From contig OX597826.1 in the NCBI GenBank assembly GCA_951406725.2, positions 51,956,001 through 52,020,000 on the forward strand: 64,000 bases of DNA. Reading direction: 5' to 3'. This document shows, piece by piece, positions 25,681 through 40,900 of the stretch; within the stretch, counting starts at the first letter, position 1; each line of letters opens with the position of its first letter. The position numbers were made by a program, and so were the translations under genes. Source of the DNA: Octopus vulgaris. Lineage: Eukaryota. The notes under the pieces were generated by a model, which saw only the letters and a list, made by a program, of their open reading frames with translations, did no database searches and was not told the origin of the DNA.

Positions 25681-26980
25681 CCACAACGATATTATTACCA
25701 ATAAATTCTTACTCTCTGTGTTACGCGTATGAGCTCAGTTGTGTTTGCCGCCATTGGTATCACTGTTACTATTCTTGCTACATCCAATGATGTAGTAGCT
25801 GCTGCTATTGCTGCTGCGGCAGCGGCAGCAGCATCTCCTGCTGCTTCGACAACTATTACTACTACTACTACTACTACTACTACTACCGCTAAGACTGCTA
25901 CTGCTGCTGCTGTTATTGATGGTGCTTCTACTGCTGCAGTTGCAATTTCTAAGTATTCTGCTAGCTACAGCAACGAGACAACGAGCATGCCTCTACGTGA
26001 GAGTTCGATCTACAGGAAATAGCAACCAAATCTCTCACAAATCACTCTGCTCCATTTTAAAACGGCAAGACCCACATTGTATAATGTATCTCTTCCCGTA
26101 AGGTAATCCTAGCCGGCCCTGAAAGATAGCATAGTCAGAGGTGGTATACGTCTGATCGTAGCTTCTATTCACTCACAGCCAACCGAGGGCTAAAAATAAT
26201 GAGGATAACAAGCGCAGCAACAATAAATAACAACAACAATTGTTATAGCTACTTCTGGTACTACTACAGAGGAGGAGAGCCTTTGTGTAACGGTATATTT
26301 ACTAGAAATAGTAACTAAGTCTCCCTTAAATCACTTCGTGTTTGCATTTAAGAAAGTTCACTCAAGTTAGAACGATTTTATTTTACCTTTTACGTAGAAA
26401 TGGAAGGGCAGCACCTACGACCCTTTATATTGTAGAGACTGCTATTCTGGTGAAATGAGAAAGGAAGAAGTTTTTATTTTTTACAGGAGACTTGTTTGCA
26501 ACAGAGTGAACTCTGTAAATCGCACCGAGAAACTATGTAGCGGTATAAAACTGATTAGGTCCACCGCAACAATCAACCACATCTTACAGTGCAGATTTCC
26601 AAGGTCTGCACAATAAGGGATGACCTGGGGGGGCTAAACAGCAACCATCAGTAATGATACCGCCGTTTGCTGCTGCTGTTACTATTACTGCTGCTGTTGT
26701 TGCTGTAGGTGCTGGTAGGTAGTGCAGTTTGTTTCACGGAATTCTTACATGAGCACAAAATAGTTTTATTTTAGTTATAGTTGGGTAGGGGAATCGTTGC
26801 TTGATTCAATGGATGGCAGTGATTTTGCAGGATGTTTAGAGGCACAGAGAGGAATGTTTTGCAATATTCGTTCCGACAATATGCGCTCTGAGTTCAAACC
26901 CACCGCGCCCAACATTACGTCTCAACCTTTCGAAGTCAATAAACTAAAAGGCCAATCGCACTTTCTAACTGTCTGTCTAT

Positions 26981-27019
<39 letters not shown>

Positions 27020-27377
27020 AAATCCTTAAAAATGTTTCATCCCGAAGGCTGCGGCCATGCTGGGGCACCACCGTCTATCTATCTTTCTTTCTTTCTTTCC
27101 TTCTTTTTTCTTTCTTTCTTAACCTTCTTTCTTGTTGCTTTCTTAACCATTCAGAATTGGTAAACGCCAACAAAAGATAACCGAAAGCAGAGGGCTTGAG
27201 GGAATTACCTTAGTACTCTCCTACGAAAATTCTTTGTGTCAAGCAAAGTACTGCGTTGACCCTTGAATAGAGGGTAAAGGGCGAAGTCAGTTTTGGTGGA
27301 ATTTGAAGATGACGTAAAAAAACACGAAGTTCCTTTCTTCTGGGATGGAGGAGCGTTTAAGTAGTCACATTTTTACT

Positions 27378-27600
27378 GGAGGGAACAACTAAATTAGTAT
27401 GGCATTAAAATAATATCACTTTATTTTTTAAAAATGGCATCACCTTGAAGGAATAGCAACACTTTTGTCGAATCTTCGCCCAAAGTGCTTTTGGAAAAAT
27501 TGTTTCTCAGTAATGATCATAATCTGCAATCTTCGAGTCATGGAATGTGGATAGCTCATCCAAACTCTCTGGAGATGTGTTTTAATAAAGTCAGCAAGTT
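27378..27600 (-). mobile_element. Possible Tc1/mariner 3' remnant
   Basis: Minus strand SPESLDEL..RFDKSVAI..GDAIF resembles Tc1 C-termini; very degraded. Confidence 0.3.
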
Positions 27601-27720
27601 CGTCCATACATCTGACATTGCAAACATTCTGAGAAGACTACAGCTATCCCCTTCCAATGCAGCGTAGCTAACTGTAGGAACCTGAGACAAAGAGAGAGGA
27701 GAGAGAGAGAGAGAAAGAGT

Positions 27721-27770
<50 letters not shown>

Positions 27771-27779
27771 ACAAGCCAA

Positions 27780-27930
27780 CATCAATATCTGATTTAATTT
27801 CCATCGACTCCAAGCTGACAAAGGCAAAGTTGATCACAGCGGGATTTGACCCCAGAGCGCAGAGAACCGTAACACATACCATAAAGCATTTTATTCGACG
27901 GTTTAACAGCTCATTCAATTCACCGCTTTG
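27780..27930 (-). mobile_element. Degenerate SINE family B
   Basis: aaaggcaaagttgatcacagcgggatttgacc...caattcaccgc. Confidence 0.6.
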
Positions 27931-29239
27931 GGCATTTCTTACTATAAAGGGGAAAACTAGAAATAATCGTAGTTTAAACATGGTTAGTGTATAAGATAAC
28001 TAACTATTCGCAATAATAAAAGAGAAAATCGTTATAAAATCAATCTAAATAGCTGAATACAAACGGAACTTTGATATACAATCAAGACAAATATACTGCA
28101 TGACTAAAATCTGACACCAACGGAAAGTAAATTTAAAATTCAGAAGCAATCGATAAAGACAAAGGATACAACGCATCAAAACTAAAGTCTCTCTGTAATC
28201 ATTCAAAGGACAATACAAATAAACCAGTTTAAAATACATTATGTAGATGATAAGACCTTTGTTGAAGTATATAGTGGTTTCAGATAAATCGCCTATTTAT
28301 CAAAGCATACATTACCGAACTTCTATCTATTTTGTTAATATTCTTTCTAAGTCAATAGCAAGAGTTATGCAAACTATTACATAAAATAATAGACATAGGA
28401 ATATGTACTCTCCTGTAATGTGGTCTGTGCATATATGTATATATGTATGTATATATATATCGTGCGACATACTTGTGGTGTTAGCAACTGCTAGATACTG
28501 TATGGCTAAATGAATTTTTCGTTCAACAGTGGCTTACCAGACGAATAGGTTCAGAAATATCTATGTTCTGTACTTTCCTTGCTTATAAGTAAGTAATATT
28601 ATTTAATTAATTCACAAAGACACGTTGTTATTGCACCAATATTATCAATTCAATCAAGGAGCATACTGAAAGATTAAATATCTGTCTTAATTTCTTATTT
28701 TTAAGTAATATTTTACCAGGTGCACGTGTATCTAGCTGTTATATAGCGCCTGGTATATTTTTAAGTGTCCTATTTCCTTGCCTCATTTGGTCAATTTGAA
28801 TAAACCCATCATGTCAGTTTGCTAATATAGAGAGGAGCAACTTTCAACAATCCTCTTCGGTTAGAGTTGTTTGTGTAGCCTTTAATATATATATATAATC
28901 TACAAGGCAGCAGCTTCTGTTCCTTTCGTTTTCTCTCAAAGCCTTTGAAATTTAAGATTCTTTCTACAAAACAAAAATTGCTATTTGACCATAGTTACTA
29001 GCTGGCAACTGCCAAACCCAGGATCCTATTTTGGGTCAAGGTGATTTAGTTCAACAATGGCTGATGTGATGAATGGTTACCGAAGTTTACTCAGCAATCC
29101 TTGCAGATACTATTATCTCTGTTCAAAGCAGTCCTCAGTGTAGTGTCATTTAAGAGGAAATTCCATTCTTCTCAATATCTAAGTATTCTCCAACCTTAAG
29201 CCATGGTACCAGATGAAATTTAGAGTTACAGTCGGTATA

Positions 29240-29620
29240 CAGCTTGCCGAATGTGTGCAAAAATTATTAATTTCCCTTCAGAAAGCTGCATTCAAAATCG
29301 GTGATTCTTTAATGCAAAGAATACATGACCAACAAAGAAGAAAAAAGACAGCTGCCAAAGATGGTACACAATGATGATAGTGACTTCAAATATCTGAGTC
29401 CTATGTTGCAGATAGTGAGAACTTCCTTACATTCTGGGACTAGTTTGAAGTAATTCTGGCAAACTTCAATGCATGAGGTAATCAATGAGGCTGGCCTTCT
29501 TCAAGGCACGTGTAGAGAGCGTTCATGTTTATGGAATCAAAACCTGGAGTATGAAGAAGCTTCAGGGTTGCCTTGATAGTACATAAACCAAGATTGTCAC
29601 GAGTGCATAGAAACAATGAG
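29240..29620 (+). mobile_element. RTE-like LINE reverse transcriptase/thumb fragment
   Basis: LLISLQKAAFKIG, DFKYLS, FFKARVESVHVYGIKTWS..LDST*TKI. Confidence 0.65.
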
Positions 29621-31069
29621 TGGATATATTCCACCTAACACAACCATTGATGTGTACTACAGTGTAATCTTTGTTAGGAATTATATCTTGCTGAACACCA
29701 TACTAGGTGTTATAATTTGGAGATTTATGTACCCTAATACAGGAAGATGAAAACAACATTGCTGTTATTGACCGAAACATACCTATCAATTTCAACTGAA
29801 GACCTACCAAGCCTACTGATGAACACAGGCTCCTCGCGCGGCACTGTGAGGCCCGTGTCATTTGATGTTATTTTTCACTACATTTCTAGTACAATTAATA
29901 TTACTTAATGGTATACAAAGCGGTAGTATCGTTCCTTTGTTAGTTCCTGGTCGGTTAATATACCAAACATTCGTGATGACAACAACTGCTATATACTGTG
30001 TGGCTACAGAAGTAACTGTGTTTAATTAAACAACGGCCGATATGATGAAAGGTAGCCAAAATATCTAGACATTATGTAAAATATATATTTTCTATCTGTG
30101 TTAAATTTGCGACTCATTCTTGACGTTTGTTTCATACACTTAGACATAATTTCACAGCACTGTCTACATGTTGAGCCCTCTCAGTGATCAAATATATCAC
30201 CTGTACGTACTGCCAAGTTCAATGTGCATTTACCTTCTATTTTACCCATCTCTCTCTCCCTCCCAATCTCTGTAATTACACACACACACACACACTCATA
30301 CTGGTGGATCAAGCAAAACAGATGGGTACTTCATAGTTTTCCTGTTTTGATGTATAAGAATTCACATTGAGTTCTAATTATGTCATCCAATTGAAGCTTA
30401 AATAACACATACACACACGCACTCTTTATGTATGTGTGTGTGTGTGTGGTGATGGTGGTGGTTGTGTGAGTGTATGTGTGTATGTGTGTGAATATGTGTG
30501 TGAAAGCGAGACAGAGAGAGTAAACATATTTTGTTCACCCCATTGCATTTTAGTGTTATATCATTTATTGAGGTGCTTTTACTATAAATAGAGCACGTGT
30601 CCTTTGTAGTTTGCTTGAAAAAGCAAAATTCCGGAATCCATCATCAAATGTTGATGGGTTTGGGGAGATCAAGATCACCGTTTCAAGCAAAGCGCTAGGA
30701 AATCGTGTGGAAATATGTAAGTAAAACATTGATGACAGAGATAAAACTAGAACAGTTATACTTTCAATACAGCACATTTCAAAGAAATATTTCTCTATGT
30801 ATACATGTGTACCTATCTCTCTGTGCTAACACATATACATGTGCGTAACTGTGCATGTGTGTGTATGTATGTGTGTGTGTGTGTGTGTATGCGTATGCAT
30901 CCGTCTGCCAATGAAAGGAAGTCCTGGTTCGCATGTACTATTTTATTCACCCTAGGTAATAAATATAAGTCAGACTCTCTTGTATAACAACATAGTGATC
31001 GTTAAAGCTTTCTGCGTTAGTTTACCACACAATAAAGAAAGATAATACGTACGCAAAGACATATATATG

Positions 31070-31109
<40 letters not shown>

Positions 31110-31113
<4 letters not shown>

Positions 31114-31180
31114 TCTTGCTCAAGAAGACATTGTGCCGCCGGGAATCGAACTCGTGAGACGGATACCCTAACCACTAAGC

Positions 31181-31185
<5 letters not shown>
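31110..31185 (-). mobile_element. Truncated tRNA-derived SINE head
   Basis: A-box-like ggcttagtggttagg, B-box-like gagttcgattccc, then cttgagcaag. Confidence 0.6.
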
Positions 31186-31242
<57 letters not shown>

Positions 31243-32285
31243 TTTTTGAGACCGTGTGCTGGATGTGATAACGGAATGGATAAATTGGTTTGACAAAATT
31301 CTAAAAGAAAAACAATATTCAAATTTACGTAATTTTTCTATTATTATTTCTTCGAAACTAGGTTGCGGATTTATACTTGACATGAAACACTATTTGCAGA
31401 AAATTTAACTAGAATCAGACCAAGTGTGTCAAACCGAAAAGATTAATCTATTTTTATGAAAAGATCAGTAGAGTATAGAAATCCTCCATTAGTTTCCTCT
31501 GTTGTTGTATTTTGTGCTCTGTGTTGTAGTACATTACTGTTGCTTCTTGTGTTAAGTGTATTGTGAGATCTTGTTGGAGTGATGTATTTGTATTGTTAAT
31601 ATAACAGTAGAAGCCACAAAGATTCCAGCTGTCCCGTTTGCAATAAAATCTATAAATCCCATTATTCATTGATTTATTATGGTTTTCGATTTCTAGACTT
31701 AATTAGATTTCAGTTGTGTATTTTTAAATCAATAGCCTAAGAAACTGTTGACTATATATCTTCAACACTAACAAAATCCGTTGAATTTTATGAAATCATT
31801 TACGCAACGAGATATTACACAACATATTATTCAAAGACACATTATTCCAACATTACCAATGTCTTATGTTTGTCAGCTCAACATCATCTGTAGTTTTTCC
31901 TTCCTGCTTTCATTGCTTTCAAAGCTCAGTTATACTAAACCAGAATCTAGCAGTGTTCGCTATATTCCCACTTTTGTCGTTATCTGTCCATTTTTTCCTG
32001 TCTAGCATACGTATAATCAAAAGCCATGACATTGCCTCTGTGTTTTGGTTCCATGAAGACAGCATGGAGCAAGATAAACTATGTTGCTTTGTTTTCTGCT
32101 ATAGAAATTGCTTGGTCACATTTCGACAAACTTATAAGTTGGTGCTCGCAGAGAGGAAATGAAATGTGCTACAGATTCCATATTTCAAGTGGTAATTTGA
32201 TTCCTGTTGTTTTCATATATATCATAAACACACACACACACACTTACACACTCACACACACACATACAAACACACGCACACACAC

Positions 32286-32352
<67 letters not shown>

Positions 32353-32408
32353 CATAAGCATACACAAACACACACAAATACATATATGTATATATGGGTA
32401 ATTTGATT

Positions 32409-32464
<56 letters not shown>

Positions 32465-32806
32465 GTCAGTGGGAGAAAAAGAAAAACCGAAAGAGAAGTT
32501 TGCATTTAAAAATAAATCCTCTTTGTGTGTTGGAAACATATTGGATTATATTAAGCAATATGTATTATTGCTTCCTCAACTTGCAAAATATTGGGATTGT
32601 TTGTGTAAGTGAATAGGTGTTTTGTCTGGTTTTATCGATTATATAAACGCTGTGTTTAAATGACAGAATATTTAAATTGCATATGTATTTTAATATAAAC
32701 TATATTAATAAATAACCATAAATCTTTCCTTTTTCATTCTGGCGTCCAACCAATTACTAAGGGAAAAACTTTATAAACGCGCGCACACACACACACACAC
32801 ACACAC

Positions 32807-32844
<38 letters not shown>

Positions 32845-32950
32845 TCACACGTAGTCTGTATGCAGATAAACACATATAAACATACATATTCATACGTATA
32901 TTCCTTTATATTTACATGCATGAATACATATATATACATACAACATACTA

Positions 32951-32991
<41 letters not shown>

Positions 32992-35486
32992 TATTCATTT
33001 GGCATACGATGCAGTCCCGACCAGTCAGTTTATATAAGAAACATGTTTATAAATATGCTTCTTTTTCCAAAAAAGTAAACAAAGCATTCTCGTATCCGCT
33101 ATGCGGATATTTTTGAGACTGTATGTAATGAGAGCTTGCGTAAACTGACATCTCTATAGACAAAAAGAACGAACATGTGTGTTGTTCATTCTTCAACGGA
33201 GACCATTATCATTGATTGTGATGACTGTAGAGACGTTCAGTGATAAAACATGTTGTATGCGCAACTTTACGTCGCTTAATTGTGTCTTTGCAATACTGAG
33301 TTCCTTGTGTACTTTACTTGTACTTGAATCAATCTTAATGTCTCTGAGAGAAATAGGAAGTTATTGAATGCAACACATAAATCATTATCTGCCAACTTAA
33401 TTCAATTAATGAATAGATTCCTCATCATCATCCTGTCCCATTCACAATGCTCGATTCTGATCCACTAAGCTGTGAGTACCTTAAAGATGATATATTTTTG
33501 ACATTAAAGTACATTCATGAAGTTACAGAAATATATATGTTGTGTTTAGTACAAGATGTAGTTGTATAAGAATATTTGTTGGCATAAAGATTATATAAAT
33601 TATATTCTTATATTCTTCTACTTGTTTCAGCCAGAGCCTGGAACCATGCTCGAGCGTATAAGATACCATTCTTAAAAATGTATGACTTACCTCATGATTG
33701 TTTATTCGAAAGTCTCTCTTGGAAAAATTGCGTCATATACATACGTGAGTGTGTGTGTGTGTGCATGTGTGTGTGTGTGTTCGCATGCGTGTGTATGTGT
33801 TTGTGTAAGTATACACACACACACTCAAATCAGCTGCAGCCATTTTGTATTTCACCACGCTGCACCAGAAATCATTGTCCTCTAATGGATGGGAAAAGTT
33901 TCGAAAATGTAATATTGTATGACATAGTATGCTCTTCGTAATAATAATAATAATAATAATGGCCTGCAAAATCTAATATACGTTGAGCAAGAATAGTAGA
34001 GACTAGGGCCGTATCCTGTTAAAATATTAGAGGAGGCAAAGACCAACATAAACCAAACTGAGCTAGCAATTACAAACAGTTCTATGCATTGTCCCAATGA
34101 TGAGAAAGAGAAGGGGAGGGTATGTATGAAAGGCGTCTATACTTGTAGATATATATAATAGAGTTTATAAGGCATTTTTAAAAAGTTTTTCGATGGCTTC
34201 CAAACTGAAGTATCTCAGACACAAATACCAAATTAATAACAACATAAAGTCCTTTGCTAAACTAATCAATTGTTAAGTCTAAATGATGGCATCTACTGTA
34301 AACAGCAGATTGCTAAAACATCCATATGTATGCATTCCCTTTGATTCCTCCATTTCTGATGAACTGTTCAGGAAAATTCTCCAACTTGAAGATGACATAC
34401 CATTCCATGTAGGTCCTGTTATATATTCATAGAGTAAATTAAACATGCTAAACTGGAACTTATTTTGTATCGAAAAACTAAAGTAAAAGCTAGATATATT
34501 ATATCCATGAAAATATAAAAATGAATTATATATGAAAAAGTATATATTTGAATCACATGATCAATCTGTCCCCATTGGGTTGAATTGAGAAATGACAAAA
34601 ATCACTTTTTGTCAAAGAACAGACTCCAATGGATCTTAAAATGAGACGAGTCCAATCTTTTTAAAAACCGAAATATTTTTGAACAAACATTTGGTGAATA
34701 TTTTAACATGATATAATTAGGAATTGTCATGCTAGTAAAATCTCATCATAAATTTGTTTTCTGTTAAACTGGTGTGTGTAAAGCGCGTGAGAGACTTGGT
34801 ATTTTGTTCTCTCGCACACCACATTACTAGCCAAGAAATTACCACATAAGGAAAATTGTTTTGATCCATTCAAATACCGAAGGAAATCGAACATTATTAT
34901 TCACGCTAGAAAGACTTCTGGCATTAAACTAGTTAACTTGTACGGGATTATTTTTTTGTATAAAAGTACAGTTAAGTTCAAGCGTGTTGATTTGTAAGAT
35001 CTTGTTTCTTTTGAAAGATCTATGTTTCTTTTGAAATGTCGAATTGAGAGATTATCTTAGTTTATTTTCATATTAGAGCTGAAATTTGGAATGAGACAAA
35101 TTTTTATGGGTTCTGCTTCTACTCTTAAATCTAACACCATTAGATCTAGCTATATATAGGATACGATTTAAAAAGATAGTGTTGTTCTGAAGTACCTCAT
35201 TATAGCAATGAGAGCAGGTATAGAATATAGATACATCCGTGGATAATGAGTAGAAACTTTTACTTACATAGGAAACTAAATTTCGAAGAATACCGGCTGA
35301 TTGATTAGAGCTCTTGATTATAATATTCCATTTGTCATTTCCTGCACTGACTGCACCCTTATTTTAATGCGTTTGTTATCGATTACTTTTAACATTTGTG
35401 TTTACCTCGGCATTTAGTTCGATCAAATGTATTATCAACAAATTCTTTTGCTTTGCATATAGTATATGTGTGTGTGTTTGGGTGTG

Positions 35487-35590
<104 letters not shown>

Positions 35591-35675
35591 TTTCTTTTTT
35601 AGATTGTTTTTTCCTCCTCCCTTCCGCCTTCTTATCTCACAAAAGTTTATTCATACATATGAATACATACATATA

Positions 35676-36083
35676 TATTTCTTCATTACCCACAAGGGGC
35701 TAAACATAGAGGGGACAAACAAGGACAGACAAAGGGATTAAGTCGATTATATCGACCTCAGTGCGTAACTGGTACTTAATTTATCGACCCGGAAAGGATG
35801 AAAGGCAAAGTCGACCTCGGCCGAATTTGAACAGAGAACGTAACGGCAGACGAAATACCTATTTCTTTATTACCCACAAGGGGCTAAACACAGAGGGGAC
35901 AAACAAGGACAGACATAGGTATTAAGTCGATTACATCGACCCCAGTGCGTAACTGGTACTTAATTTATCGACCCCGAAAGGATGAAAGGCAAAGTCGACC
36001 TCGGCCGAATTTGAACTGAGAACGTAACGGCAGACGAAATACCGCTAAGCATTTCGCCCGACGTACTAACGTTTCTGTCAGCT

Positions 36084-36086
<3 letters not shown>
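35676..36086 (-). mobile_element. Head-to-tail dimer of long-tail SINE family B (unit ~185 bp)
   Basis: Two highly similar units; junction gaaatacctatttc at 35852-35865; only one head. Confidence 0.9.
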
Positions 36087-36130
<44 letters not shown>

Positions 36131-36239
36131 CTGTCTGTTTGTGCGTGTGTATATGTGTGTGTATATATAATTGTCTAACAACACCCATTCGTTCTCGGTG
36201 CTGTGCTCAAGAATCTTCCAATCAACATTAGATATTCGA

Positions 36240-36455
36240 ATGGCGGAAAACTGGCTGAATCGTTTCCGCGCCGGGCAGAATACTTATTTCGTCAGTCAAA
36301 TTCGTTCTGAGTTCAAATTATCCCCCGAGGTCGACTTTTACATTTCATCCTTTCGCGGTCGATAATACAAGTTTCGAGTGAGCATTGGTGTCGATGTAAT
36401 CGACTTAGCCCCCTGCGCCAAAGTTGCTGGCCTTGTGCTCAAATTTAAAACCAAT
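36240..36455 (+). mobile_element. SINE family B, short-tail type
   Basis: gttctgagttcaaatt..gaggtcgactt..tcatcctttcgcggtcgataa. Confidence 0.8.
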
Positions 36456-36651
36456 ATTAGGTATTCATTCCTTTCGTTCATTCTCGTTCGGAGGTCCCAA
36501 GATGAAACCTCAAAGTAACGATTTACGAATATTTTAGCTTTCAATAAAATGGGACATTGAAATTTACGTGTAATATTGACTATTTGTACTCTTGCTTGCA
36601 TGTTTGGGTTTGCAAATATATACATATATATACTTACGTCTATATTTACAC

Positions 36652-36714
<63 letters not shown>

Positions 36715-36760
36715 TGTATACATATATATATTATATATACACACATACATATATATATGG

Positions 36761-36801
<41 letters not shown>

Positions 36802-36904
36802 TCAATATAGGGTGGCAAAAAAATTCAGCAGAAATTATTTGCCACTATATATATATATATATATATATGTATACATATATATATATATTATATATACACA
36901 CATA

Positions 36905-37276
36905 GGCGCAGGAGTGGCTGTGTGGTAAGTAGCTTGCTAACCAATCACACGGTTGCGGGTTCAGTCCCACTGCGTGGCATCTTGGGCAAGTGTCTTCTGC
37001 TATAGCCCCGGGCCGACCAATGCCTTGTGAGTGGATTTGGTAGACGGAAACTGAAAGAAGCCTGTCGTATATATGTATATATATATATGTATGCGTGTGT
37101 TTGTGTGTATGTGTTTGTCCCCCTAGCATTGCTTGACAACCGATGCTGGTGTGTTTAGGTCCCCGTCACATAGCGGTTCGGCAAAAAGAGACCGATAGAA
37201 TAAGTACTAAAAGGTAGTGCTCCAGCATGGCCGCAGTCAAATGACTGAAACAAGTAAAAGAGTAAAAGAGTAAGAG
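36905..37276 (+). mobile_element. SINE family A (internal deletion near 3' end)
   Basis: Family A sequence with gtaaaaga tail repeats. Confidence 0.9.
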
Positions 37277-37505
37277 TATATATATATGGAATTATATATA
37301 TATATAGAGAGAGAGACAGTGAGACAGAGAGAGAGACAGAGAGACAGAGAGGGAGAAAGAATGAATGGAGTAAGTGGAGGAAGAGGACATATATAAAGAC
37401 AATAATAAAGAAGTGAAAAAACCGTACATAGTACATGTGTTCTTCGGGCCCAAAAATCTTGCAAAACGAATTAATACACATACATAAATACATATATACA
37501 TACAA

Positions 37506-37581
<76 letters not shown>

Positions 37582-37597
37582 CATGCCTACAGACACG

Positions 37598-37968
37598 CAA
37601 TATGGTTTCCTTCCTGGAAGGAGCTGTCTAACGCAGCTACTACACCACTTCGACTGGGTACTAAAACAACAGCTCAACCATTGAAAGCTTTGTCAAGGCA
37701 TTTCACAAAATCGACCATGGATGATATGTCACAAATTACGTGACCTTGGTATTGCTGGTAGACCGGAAGAGTGGCTGCATGATTTTCTTAGGCGCAGAGG
37801 TCAGGCTATCACAGCAAAGGATGCTCTCTCTAAAGTGACACTAATCCTCAGTGGAATCCCCCAGGGAACAGTGCTGGGTTCACTACTGTTTGTGGTTGCT
37901 CTCTCGGACATGTCCTCAGTCACACTCACCAGCTACGCCGATGATACAAAAGTATCGCAAGCGGTCAA
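37598..37968 (+). mobile_element. CR1-clade LINE reverse transcriptase fragment
   Basis: QYGFLPGRSCLTQLL, KAFHKIDHG, SGIPQGTVLGSLLF, YADDTK. Confidence 0.9.
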
Positions 37969-40900
37969 GGAAGTATTATGTACTAAATGGTACCCCCGAT
38001 AACCTTTTTAACTTATAAAACTTTCCCACTTCGATATATAATCAAGATGTAGTTGTGGTGGTTCTTTCGCTGACACAAATTTTGTACTGGAGCCTTAGCT
38101 TCGTATCACCACGCTGTAAATATTCAGAACGAAGAGACAGAGTGACAGCGAACACACTGTGACATCGACAATTGCTACATTGATTCATTACTGTTGTAGT
38201 AAAATTTCATTTGGACGAAACCGAATGAAGGATTAGCTGTGTTAGGCTTGCCTGCTTATAATATAATGCCTATTATTTTTTCATCGCGGTCTCTTTAATA
38301 TTTTCAATGATCTACTTTACCTATAATAAGATGCAGAATCCACGTCAGACATTTTCACTGATATCTTGTCATGTATGCATGTCATGCGTCTATTATTTTC
38401 ATGGATTCTTTCCAATTTACATCTAATCGAAAGACAAACGGAAATGGACATTAATTTGTTAACTTCAAGCAATTATATTCTCATTCTCATTTTTGTTTTA
38501 TAACCACAAGAAAATTTGTTGCATTTTTCTTCTTATTTTTATTAGCTATCGCCACAAAACGAAAATGAAACGAAAGTATTTTCAAATTACATTTATAATT
38601 TTACTGATTACGATTTCTACTAGATTTCTCGTCTAGTCTTTTCGTAATTACATTTCTCTTCAATGATTATAACTATCAATGGTGCTACACTGAGATGTAG
38701 ATATTTAAGCTCCAAACCGTTCTTTTGTTTGACGCCAGAGTGAATTATACCAGTAAAGCTTCGGAATACTAAAGCAAGAAACAATCTAAGCAGGAAAAAA
38801 ATATTATTGACTATTTGCATCGTCTCATTCCAAAGTTATGCAATATTTCTTTGTATTTGTCTTATTTAAACATTGTTTTATTAGATCCAGTTCATTAGCC
38901 ATTAGCTAACGATATATCATGAGTTCAAATTCCTTGGCATAGTTTCGTTGAGGCTTTTGTCTTCTTAACACACGTAATAGTTAAATCAATTTAATTGCAG
39001 GAACAAGATTATGTTGGAAGCTTAGTGTTCAATCCAATAAAACATTAACTTCACAAATGCTGAATGCTACTATATTATGAAGTAACAGACGTTATGTTCC
39101 AATTTTGTTTACATAAATTTTTCATAATGGCGGAATTTCACGTATGCTGAAATAGGTCATAATATGCTGAAATGCGCGGTTATCACTGTTCCTTTTGTCG
39201 CTGTGGTCATGTGTTGTCGTCGTTATTGTTTGCGTTGCTGCTGTTAATGTTGTTGTCATCGTTTATTAATCTCTGATGTGTTTTGGTTAAGGAAACCTGT
39301 TTAAACACAGCTAACTATTAATATCGGTATTTCAATGTATAATTTGTATATTGAAGGTAGTCTGGTGTGGTTTGAAGAAATTTGCTAGATATGTCCCAGT
39401 AAAGATAGTCAAATCGAATGGTCTTGACTGCATATTCCTGTGTGTACGACGGTATATTCATTACTCCTATGTGCATGAGAATATATTTCTGATTCGAAGA
39501 TGTAGATTCTAGGTAGTTGATAATCCGAGTTTCTTGCTTTTATGCCATTGTTCCGTTTCAAATAACAATTACTCGTAAATAACTTGACTAGTACATTTGA
39601 TAAGAAGTATGGCTGGTTAGGATGATTGAGGGCGTAGAGAGTCAGATCTAATACTGTCTTGGTATCTTCTGAAATAAACAAACATAATTTTTGTCATATG
39701 AGAATGGCACACCATTCTGTAGTGAAGTGACGCAAATTGATTTGTACCGTTGAAATATCATTGTTTTCACATAGGAACGATGTCACTTACCTCACGTCAT
39801 TATAGCTCTTGGTAAAATAGTTAAATATTAAAATTCTTTCTCTTTCCTTTTTGAACTCTAAAGTTGTTTCGGACTCAAATATGATAGGTATTTATTACCA
39901 TACTAACGAATGCTGAAAGATACAAATATCTTTTCAGTCACCAGAAAATCAATGTAGTGGAAGATGAATATATATCTACAGATTCAAATATATTTCTGTG
40001 CTTTAGATAGTACTCTATTACTAATGTTATAGAACGATATCATGTTATCTGTCAGAAAATGAACTCCCAAGTTAAGGTAGTAAAGTTTGACAAGAGAACT
40101 ACTGAAATAGATATTTTAAAAGAACTAGTCTGTTTTCATTTATTTATTTTTTCCAATTCTGGCGAATTTCCTTTTTCTAAAAGAAGAAACGAGAACCGAA
40201 CAAACGGGCTGAATAAATAGTATTTGCATGACCCACCATCGGTACTGTGCAGTGCTAATGTCAAATGTTTCTTGCAAGCCATATAAAATCAATATTTTGC
40301 ATTAATTTTCCTCGTGTATACAAACATTAAATAATTTCAATGTGATGCAGATGATTGAATTAGGTTTATCGGGTGAAGGTTTGCCTATTTGCATCTCAAT
40401 AATTCTGCATTGTGTTCTTCAAAACAATACCCAGTTTTCATCATACATATAGAGGAACACTTTATCACGCTAAATATTCGCTGTAGAGCATGATGACTTG
40501 AACAAAACCTCACCGGAGAGCTGCTCGGTTATACCCTTCAGTAAAACAGCAGTATAACTATCAGTAGAAATTAATGTTCTGCGACGGAAAGAAGTCAGGA
40601 GGCTGTGCAGTACACTTCAATGATAACTCACCAATCATGCAATCTCTCATGTAAATCAATGTGGATTAACTTTGATATCGTTGTTGTAATAACAATAAAA
40701 ATTAATAAATAAAATAGCATTCTACATAAGAAAATCAAATTTGGGTTGACTAGTCTAGCATTCTATTAATGCAAACCACCACTATCCATATTTTATAAAC
40801 TTTTTTCCTTGTTTTTATTCAGTTTTAAATTATGGTTATTTTTAAGTCCAGGATCGAAGTCAATGTAATTATTTCAAATTTTCTCAATTGCTATATTGTT

